The notes below the pieces were generated by a model. It was not told the DNA's origin. It saw only the letters and a program-made list of their open reading frames with translations, and searched no databases. From an archaeon BMS3Abin17 (lineage in GTDB: Archaea; Nanobdellota; Nanobdellia; Pacearchaeales; GW2011-AR1): a stretch of 64,000 bases of DNA. Of the stretch, positions 35,221 to 42,530 are shown in pieces (position 1 is the first letter of the stretch; every line of letters starts with the position of its first letter). The stretch is from the NCBI GenBank assembly GCA_002897655.1, contig BDTJ01000031.1, positions 19,497 through 83,496 on the forward strand, read 5' to 3'. Position numbers and translations under genes: made by a program.

Positions 35221-36041
35221 TTAATCTCCTTTGAAGTGTAAAGTTCTTTATCTTCCCAAACCATTTTATTTGATAATAAAATAATACTAAAACCCATCTT
35301 AGATAAATTATCCCTAAATAAATACATGTAATCCTTATATTTCTTATAAAGTGTATTCAAAGTATCTTTTCTCATTTCTTTTAAGTGAGCTCTATCTAAA
35401 ATATTTTCTACAAATGATTTCACTTCTTTGTCCATTATATAATCAAATTTAAACTTTTTAGTATAATAAACTTCTAAATTAGGTATATCAAAAAATTTAT
35501 CCCAGTCTTTTTCAAACAAAGGACTTATATTAACTTGAATTGCTTCACTAACTTCTTTGATTAATTTATTGAATGGTTTAACTATATAATACATTGGAAC
35601 AGCAACTATAAACCCTGATTTTTTACAAACCCTCCTACATTCATTAAATGCTTGTTCCTTGTTAGACATTAGTGAAAGAACATTGCCAATAATAACTAAA
35701 TCAAAACTTTCATCATCAAAAGGCAATTTATTTACATCTGCTTTTAGAAGTTTTAAGTTCTCGACTTTTTCTTTTATTGCCCTTTTCCTTGTTTCTTTTA
35801 AACTTATCTCATTAATATCTATTGAAGTAATATAACAAGGAATTAATTTGCTTAATTCAATTGCAGTAAAACCGGTGCTAGTACCGATTTCTAAAACTTT
35901 ACTATGTCTGTCTATACAAGTTCTATTAACAATTTCAAAAACAGTTTTTCTTCCCCCAGGAATTCTATTTGTTTCTTTTGTAATTCCAATTAACTCGTTA
36001 TAATCCATGTCTTTAATTTGCTTGGGGGTTAAATCTTTCAT
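35217..36041 (-). CDS. Class I SAM-dependent methyltransferase
   Basis: Motif I VLEIGTSTGFTAIEL. Motifs DINEISL and FDLVIIGNVL. 4-nt ATGA overlap with the downstream gene. Confidence 0.75.
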   Translation of the reverse strand: MKDLTPKQIKDMDYNELIGITKETNRIPGGRKTVFEIVNRTCIDRHSKVLEIGTSTGFTAIELSKLIPCYITSIDINEISLKETRKRAIKEKVENLKLLKADVNKLPFDDESFDLVIIGNVLSLMSNKEQAFNECRRVCKKSGFIVAVPMYYIVKPFNKLIKEVSEAIQVNISPLFEKDWDKFFDIPNLEVYYTKKFKFDYIMDKEVKSFVENILDRAHLKEMRKDTLNTLYKKYKDYMYLFRDNLSKMGFSIILLSNKMVWEDKELYTSKEIK

Positions 36042-36042
36042 T

Positions 36043-37182
36043 TTATGGTTTTAAAGTTTTATCAACTCTAGGAAATTGTGATGCACTCCAAATAAAAGGC
36101 ATCTCTAAAATACCTTGTATCATTCTTTCCAATCCAACTCCAAATCCAGAAGTAACTTCATAATCTTCAAATTTCCTGGTTTGAAAGTAAGGACTATAAT
36201 CTTTTAAGGGTAGATTGAAAATCTTTGCTTTATCTTGAAGTTCCTTTTTTGACCTTATTCTATGTCCACTTCCAATAAACTCTCTATATCCTGGCCAAAT
36301 TACATCTGAATTATTAGCGACTTCAGGTTTTTTGCAATCTACTTGAGCATGATAAAAAGGAACTTCTAAGAGTGGAAATTCTTTTATTAGAACCATATTT
36401 CCTAAAATCTCAGTAAGTTTTATTTCTTCCCATGAACCAAAATTCTTGAGTGAAAATTCCTTATAAACATCATCTTTAGTTTCTTCATAAAGAATATCAA
36501 GAGCCTCTCTAAATTTTAGTTGGGGTATTCTCCCTATATTTGCTGCAAAATTATCTAGAGATTTCAGTTTCCTTTTAGTTAAAAAATGGCTTAAGTCTTT
36601 TTCATTTTTATTTAATAAGTCTTTAATTATCTTTTTTGTAAGGCCTAATGCAATTCGTTCATTATCTTCTTGAGACACCTTACCCTCATATTCTATATGA
36701 TGAAATTCAGATAAATGAGTTGCATCAGCTTTTTCCTTTCTAAATGAATTGTATATGGAATAAACATGTTTAAGCTCTTTTGGAGTTAATGCTAATTCAA
36801 GATATATTTGAGAGGATTCAGATAAAAATGCAGAATCTTCTAAATCAAACCATTTCAAGGTTATTGGGCATACATCAGTTGTATAATCAATGGCCTCTTT
36901 TCCATATACTGCCCCTGGAGAAGAGATCATCTTTGTTGTCAAAGGTAATGGAACAAAACAAGCACCAATGTTATCAAAATACTCATTTGTAGACATATTT
37001 ATTCTGTGATTTATCTGAGTTATATGCTTCCACATATCTTCTTTCTTAAATTGTTTAACTCTATTTTCAATTTCATTAATAGGAACTTTTTTACTAGATA
37101 TGTCCTCTATTACTGGAAACACATTATTTCCATTATATGAAATGCTTTTATCTTCATTAGCTCTGTATGGACCTTTCATCAT
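36043..37182 (-). CDS. Class IIb aaRS catalytic-core paralogue without an OB anticodon-binding domain (AsnRS/AspRS-like; AsnA-type ligase candidate)
   Basis: SESSQIYLELAL. Motif 2 FRKEKADATHLSEFHHIEYE. EFIGSGHRIRS. Motif 3 SGFGVGLERMIQGIL. No N-terminal OB fold. Confidence 0.65.
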   Translation of the reverse strand: MMKGPYRANEDKSISYNGNNVFPVIEDISSKKVPINEIENRVKQFKKEDMWKHITQINHRINMSTNEYFDNIGACFVPLPLTTKMISSPGAVYGKEAIDYTTDVCPITLKWFDLEDSAFLSESSQIYLELALTPKELKHVYSIYNSFRKEKADATHLSEFHHIEYEGKVSQEDNERIALGLTKKIIKDLLNKNEKDLSHFLTKRKLKSLDNFAANIGRIPQLKFREALDILYEETKDDVYKEFSLKNFGSWEEIKLTEILGNMVLIKEFPLLEVPFYHAQVDCKKPEVANNSDVIWPGYREFIGSGHRIRSKKELQDKAKIFNLPLKDYSPYFQTRKFEDYEVTSGFGVGLERMIQGILEMPFIWSASQFPRVDKTLKP

Positions 37183-37362
37183 AATCTATCCAGAATTAAG
37201 TGTCTGAGGCACTAACACCTCATATTATATACTACAATAGACTATTTAAAAACATTACTAATTAAATTATTTTCCATAAAAATTCAAGAGACGCCCGTGT
37301 TTAAGCTTTATTATTCCCTAGTTTTCAGACAAATTTATAAGCATTAAATCCTATTTTTATTC

Positions 37363-37875
37363 ATGATTAAGAAGAGGGGAAGTAAAAGAGGGCAAATGAA
37401 ATTATCCTATGGAATGATATTCTCAATCATATTAATAATAGTTTTCCTTGCATTTGCATTTTACGCAATTAAGAAATTTATGGGAATTCAAAATACTGTA
37501 ATGGTTGGGGATTTTATAGACAGTTTGGGGAGTGATGTTGACAAAATGTGGAAAGGCTCACAAGGCTCTCAAGAAAGAGAATATAGGTTGCCAAAAAAGA
37601 TACAGTATGTTTGTTTTGCTGATTTCTATTCCTCAGAAAGAGGGGGAAAAGATGAATATTATCCTGAATTAAAGAGGGTATTTAATGAAAAAGAAAATCT
37701 TGTTTTTTATCCTGTTGGCTCGGGGGGGGAATTTGACTCTGTTGAAGTAAAACATATTGATATTGAAGCCATGACAGAAAATAACAACCCGTACTGCATT
37801 GAAAACAAGGATGGAAAGGTAAATATGATAATTAAAAAAAATCATGGAGAAGCCTTAGTTACTGTCTCTGATTAA
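37363..37875 (+). CDS. Pilin-like protein (class III signal peptide)
   Basis: MIKKRGSKRGQMKLSYGMIFSIILIIVFLAFAFYAI. Confidence 0.65.
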   Translation: MIKKRGSKRGQMKLSYGMIFSIILIIVFLAFAFYAIKKFMGIQNTVMVGDFIDSLGSDVDKMWKGSQGSQEREYRLPKKIQYVCFADFYSSERGGKDEYYPELKRVFNEKENLVFYPVGSGGEFDSVEVKHIDIEAMTENNNPYCIENKDGKVNMIIKKNHGEALVTVSD

Positions 37876-37898
37876 AATAAAATCTGTGTCTAAATAAA

Positions 37899-38861
37899 AT
37901 GAAAACCAAGATTCCCAACAATAAAAAAGGTTATTTGCAAATATCCTTTGGATGGATGTTTGCACTTATTGTGGGGGCATTTATATTATTTCTTGCAATT
38001 TATTTTGCTACAAAACTTATTGGAACAGAAGAGGATATAACAGATATAAAAACAGGAAAAGAAATAGGGATTTTATTGAATCCTCTTGAAACAGGTTTTG
38101 AATCTGTAAAATCAACCTCTCTGACAATGCCTGTTGATACAAGAATATACAACAAATGCAAGATTGACGGATATTTTGGGAGGCAGTTAATTGAGATATC
38201 CCAAAAAAGTCTGGGCAAATGGACAGAAACAGATATTGGAGGGGCTAAAACAGTTGGATTTTCAAACAAATACATCTTCACAGAAAATTACACAGAAGGG
38301 AAAAAATTCTATATAATGTCTAAGCCTTTTAATTTTCCATTTAAGGTTACTGATTTAATTTATATTACTTCCTCAAAGGACAAGTATTGTTTTTTAGATC
38401 CTCCAGAAGAAATTAAAGAGGAGATTTCCACCCTGAGCCAGAACCAGAAAAATCTTTTATTGGAAGAGAACTGCACAGACTTTGGAGATGAAATAAAGAT
38501 TTGTTTTGAAGGGGGGGTGGATTGTGATGTTTTTGTTGATTATAATTCTAATTATGTGGATAAAAATGGAGAAAGAATGATATTCATAGATGATTCCCTG
38601 ATGTATGCTGCTATTTTCTCAGAACCGGGAATTTATGAGTGCCAGGTAAAAAGATTAATGTTAAGAACAAAACAACTTGCTTCTTTGTATAATGATAAAG
38701 CCACATTTATTTCTCAAAAAGGCTGCAACTCTAATTTAAACCTACTTGAACTAATCAATAGATTAAATAATTATGAAGACTCAGATAATCTTGGCTATGT
38801 AAAAGATAGCGTAGATGATATCCAGGATAAAAATAATGATTTATGGTGTAAATTATGGTAG
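37899..38861 (+). CDS. Pilin-like protein (class III signal peptide)
   Basis: NNKKGYLQISFGWMFALIVGAFILFLAIYF. Several Cys residues in the extracellular part. Confidence 0.65.
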   Translation: MKTKIPNNKKGYLQISFGWMFALIVGAFILFLAIYFATKLIGTEEDITDIKTGKEIGILLNPLETGFESVKSTSLTMPVDTRIYNKCKIDGYFGRQLIEISQKSLGKWTETDIGGAKTVGFSNKYIFTENYTEGKKFYIMSKPFNFPFKVTDLIYITSSKDKYCFLDPPEEIKEEISTLSQNQKNLLLEENCTDFGDEIKICFEGGVDCDVFVDYNSNYVDKNGERMIFIDDSLMYAAIFSEPGIYECQVKRLMLRTKQLASLYNDKATFISQKGCNSNLNLLELINRLNNYEDSDNLGYVKDSVDDIQDKNNDLWCKLW

Positions 38862-39490
38862 ATAAAAAAGCGCAGCTAAAAACAAAGAAATTAAAAACAC
38901 CAAAATTAAAATTTTGGCAGTCTCAGAAATTTCCAATTTCTGAGATTCCTAGCTTTCAATTGTCTAGGAAGAAGAGAGGACAATTGAAAATACAGCAAAT
39001 GGCTTTTATGCTAATGGCAGTAACACTGTTTTTTGTGCTTGTTGGAATGTTTGTTCTTGTTATTAAATTCTCAGGGCTTAAAGATACTGCAACAGAATTA
39101 TGCGAAGAAAACGCAATGTTATTAGTAACAAAACTTGCAAACTCTCCTGAATTTTCTTGTGGAAGGGCTTTTGGAAGCAGCAGAACTAATTGCATTGATG
39201 GAGACAAGGTAATGATGTTAAAAGAAAATATAGAGATTTATGAGAAATTTTGGGGGGTTACAAACATAGAAATAAGAAAGATATCTGATGAACCAGAAAA
39301 AGTGTGTGATTTAGGGGGTTATCAGCAAGACAATTGCAATGTAATAAGATTAATCTCAAAAAATGTATCAGGTTATAGCATGTCAAACTTTGTATCTTTA
39401 TGCAGAAAAGATTATGTTGATGAAGAGGTTTATGATAAATGTGAGATGGCTAAATTAATATTAAGTTATGAATATGGGGAAAGATGTTAA
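38855..39490 (+). CDS. Pilin-like protein (class III signal peptide; start uncertain, possibly an internal TTG near 38960)
   Basis: SRKKRGQLKIQQMAFMLMAVTLFFVLVGMFVLVI, preceded by an unusually long 40-aa basic leader. Confidence 0.55.
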   Translation: MVDKKAQLKTKKLKTPKLKFWQSQKFPISEIPSFQLSRKKRGQLKIQQMAFMLMAVTLFFVLVGMFVLVIKFSGLKDTATELCEENAMLLVTKLANSPEFSCGRAFGSSRTNCIDGDKVMMLKENIEIYEKFWGVTNIEIRKISDEPEKVCDLGGYQQDNCNVIRLISKNVSGYSMSNFVSLCRKDYVDEEVYDKCEMAKLILSYEYGERC

Positions 39491-39960
39491 ATAAAAGAGC
39501 TCAAGAAGAAATGGTTGGATTTGCATTGATAATCATAGTTGTTGCTGTTATCTTGCTTATCTTTTTATCATTTTCATTAAGAGATTCAAAAAAAGAGACA
39601 GTTGAAAGTTATGAGATTGAGAGTTTTATTAACGCATTCTTGCAGCACACAACAGATTGTGGAAGTTATAGAACATCTCATCTTTCAATAAGAGAGTTAA
39701 TCTTTGATTGTAATAGTAATGAGAAATGTTTAGACGAGAGAGATACTTGTGAGGTCTTGAATTCTACTTTGGTAGAAATCTTAGATGAAAACTGGAAAAT
39801 AGGGGAAGACAGGCCAATAAAAGGATATGAATTAAAAATTCTTAGGAATAGTGCAGTTAGCATGGTTATTCAAAAAGGGGATATTACTAAGAACTATAAA
39901 GGAGATTTTGTTGATTTAGGAAAAGCCTCAACAGAGGTATATTTCACAGCATATTATTGA
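39484..39960 (+). CDS. Pilin-like protein (class III signal peptide)
   Basis: MLNKRAQEEMVGFALIIIVVAVILLIFLSF. 7-nt overlap with the upstream gene. Confidence 0.65.
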   Translation: MLNKRAQEEMVGFALIIIVVAVILLIFLSFSLRDSKKETVESYEIESFINAFLQHTTDCGSYRTSHLSIRELIFDCNSNEKCLDERDTCEVLNSTLVEILDENWKIGEDRPIKGYELKILRNSAVSMVIQKGDITKNYKGDFVDLGKASTEVYFTAYY

Positions 39961-40033
39961 ACGCATAGTTGATACTTATTCTAAAGTAGGGCATAACCAA
40001 AAGACTTAAATAAGAGTAGTACATAACTATTTT

Positions 40034-40942
40034 ATGGCATCTCTAAAGAAGATTAAAGTGAAAGGTAATGAATATTGGGTCTTAGCTCATTCAGTTAGAA
40101 AAGGCAGCAAGATTATCCAAAAGAAAAAATATATTGGGAAAGTTTTACCTCCAAAAGCTAGATTAGAGCAGTTGAAAAAAGAATTCTTGAAAGAATTAAC
40201 TATTGGAAGGTATAAGTTCATTTCTAATAAAGATGTTGAGGAAATAGAAAAAAAGAAGGCAGTTCATAACGAAGAACTCAAAAAAATGAGTTCTTCGGAG
40301 AAAAAGGAGAAATTACAGGAATTTATAATTAGATTTACTTATGATAGCAGTAAACTTGCAGGTGTTGATGTAACTTTAAGACAAACTTCTTTAATTTTAA
40401 AAGAAGGGATTATGCCAAAAGGATTTAAAAGTCTGAAGATAGCAAAAGAACTTGAGAATCATAAAGAAGGGATTATTGCCATAACTAAGTATAAAGGCAA
40501 GTTAGACATAAAATTCCTTAAGAAAATTCATAAAATTTTACTTTCAGGAGTAAATGATTCAATCGCTGGAAAATTAAGAAGTGAATTAAAAAGAGATGTA
40601 AAGATAGCTGGAACCTCTTATATTCCTCCAAAATGGAATCAAGTTAATAAAGAACTTGAAAGTTTTTTTAAATGGTATAGTTTAGAAAACAGGAGATTCC
40701 ATCCTATTGAATTAGCTTCATTAATACATTTAAAGTTAATCTCAATACAGCCTTTTGTAGATGGAAATTCTAGGCTATCAAGGTTATTAATGGATTGGAT
40801 TTTGTGGAAAAAGGGATATCCTTTAATAGATATCCCTGTAGAAGATATTGAAGATTACTATGATGTTCTGGATAAATATCAAATTGAAAAGAAAGAAAAA
40901 CCTTTTGTAGATTATATCAAAAAGAAATATTTTAAGGGATAA
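40034..40942 (+). CDS. Fic/DOC-family protein with a variant active-site motif (Gln in place of the catalytic His)
   Basis: QPFVDGNSRLSRLL versus canonical HPFx[DE]GNGRxxR. Fido-fold-sized 302 aa. Confidence 0.7.
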   Translation: MASLKKIKVKGNEYWVLAHSVRKGSKIIQKKKYIGKVLPPKARLEQLKKEFLKELTIGRYKFISNKDVEEIEKKKAVHNEELKKMSSSEKKEKLQEFIIRFTYDSSKLAGVDVTLRQTSLILKEGIMPKGFKSLKIAKELENHKEGIIAITKYKGKLDIKFLKKIHKILLSGVNDSIAGKLRSELKRDVKIAGTSYIPPKWNQVNKELESFFKWYSLENRRFHPIELASLIHLKLISIQPFVDGNSRLSRLLMDWILWKKGYPLIDIPVEDIEDYYDVLDKYQIEKKEKPFVDYIKKKYFKG

Positions 40943-41103
40943 CTTTCCTATCTTCTTAAATCAATACACTCAATCCAGACAATACTTATAAATCAAAACA
41001 GCTTTTATCCAATATAATAAATAAAGACAAATAAAAAAATCCCAGGATTATATTTTACTATCTTGCTCAATTTGGTAAACCACTAAAATAAAAAACTTAC
41101 ATC

Positions 41104-41394
41104 TTAGTAATGAAATTTCTTCTTGTATATTTTATCGTGATGGTCAAAATCAACAAATAAAATAAAATTGTTTGGGATATCAACTTTAAACGCTAATACA
41201 AAACTTCTATCAATGTGAACTCTTCTATATTCTTTTAAATCATGTCTTAAATTCTTATAATGTTGTATTGATTGAGAATTAGAATTAATAATCTCCTTTA
41301 TTTTTTTATTTATTATCTCAACCTTTTTTTTATCTCCCTTGATCAATTTTCTTATAATAATTTTAAGTTCATCAGTAAGATTAAAATCAAACAT
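41104..41394 (-). CDS. RelE-family toxin
   Basis: YRRVHIDRSFVLAFKVD...ILFVDFDHHDKIY is a typical archaeal RelE C-terminal signature. Confidence 0.7.
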   Translation of the reverse strand: MFDFNLTDELKIIIRKLIKGDKKKVEIINKKIKEIINSNSQSIQHYKNLRHDLKEYRRVHIDRSFVLAFKVDIPNNFILFVDFDHHDKIYKKKFHY

Positions 41395-41396
41395 AT

Positions 41397-41657
41397 TTAA
41401 ACCTCACAAAGTTTATCTAACTCTTGCAAGGTCATCTTTTTATTGCCGTACTTTTCTAAGTGTTTTTTGGTTATGTTAATTATTTTTTTAACGTGTTCTT
41501 CAGTTGCTTCTTTTTCCATAATTTCATCTCCATATAGTTCAATAAATTTATTTAAGGCTCCTGATTTATCTTTTAATCCAAATTTTAACTTTATTATTCC
41601 CAGTACTCTATTAGTATAATCATTCAACTCAACTCTTGCAGAAACTATTTTTTCCAT
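41397..41657 (-). CDS. Antitoxin (DUF2683-like) paired with RelE
   Basis: MEKIVSARVELNDYTNRVLGIIKLKFGLKDKSGALN. The track ORF extends to 41720, but Met22 gives a length matching its paralogue. Confidence 0.65.
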   Translation of the reverse strand: MEKIVSARVELNDYTNRVLGIIKLKFGLKDKSGALNKFIELYGDEIMEKEATEEHVKKIINITKKHLEKYGNKKMTLQELDKLCEV

Positions 41658-41766
41658 TTTATATAATGTGATTCTATATGTATTTAAAATACACACCAAG
41701 TATATAAACGTTTCTATCATACACTCTGTCTCGACAAGAAAAATATTTTAAGAAATAACAACATTA

Positions 41767-42120
41767 CTAGATTTTTATGTGAATTGTCATTGTATCAACA
41801 ACTATCTCTGGTTTATGCCTTATTCTGCCCTTTGTCTTTTCTGCGGTTAACTCAATAAACCCAAATCTCTCTAAAAGCTTAAGATCATCATTTACAGACT
41901 TAAATCCTCTATCTAGCTTTTTAGCCAAATCATAAATTGATTTGGGCTTTTCACTCTTTATAACACTTAAAATCCTGGCTTTCTCATTACTCAAAAGCTG
42001 TCTCAAAGCCAAAACTCCTGAGAAATCATAGTCTTTTTTTGAGGTTTTAGATTGTTTAAAAATACTAAATGCTCCTTTAGACTCTTTTATTGTAATCTCC
42101 CTTATTTTTGTCTTTGCCAT
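41767..42120 (-). CDS. Winged-helix DNA-binding protein
   Basis: SIYDLAKKLDRGFKSVNDDLKLLERFGFIEL is a wHTH recognition-helix and wing pattern. Confidence 0.55.
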   Translation of the reverse strand: MAKTKIREITIKESKGAFSIFKQSKTSKKDYDFSGVLALRQLLSNEKARILSVIKSEKPKSIYDLAKKLDRGFKSVNDDLKLLERFGFIELTAEKTKGRIRHKPEIVVDTMTIHIKI

Positions 42121-42530
42121 GTTTGTTATTTTCCCTTGTTAAATATATCTACTATTTTAATGTATATATATCCAACACATATATTACACTTATATGTTCT
42201 TTTATGATATATATTATAATTAATAACCATATGTTAATAAATCTTTTGTTTTTAAGATTTCAGAATAAGATTAGATAGTGTATTAATACTCAAGTGACAC
42301 CATAAGCTTTATAAATAAAACCTTGTAAAACAAGGGTTTTAAGTGTAATTTAAGTTAGTTATACAGCAAGCTTTTTAAAGGAAAATTGATTTTTAGAAAT
42401 ACGCGTTTGGCGGTCTAATAGGGATTCATATTCGCTTAACAAGATAGTCTTCCCTATGACTATTTGGTTGAGGGGGGTTGTCATAGACAACATATTACAT
42501 ATAGGTGAAAGGAGGTTATAAATAAAAGAA

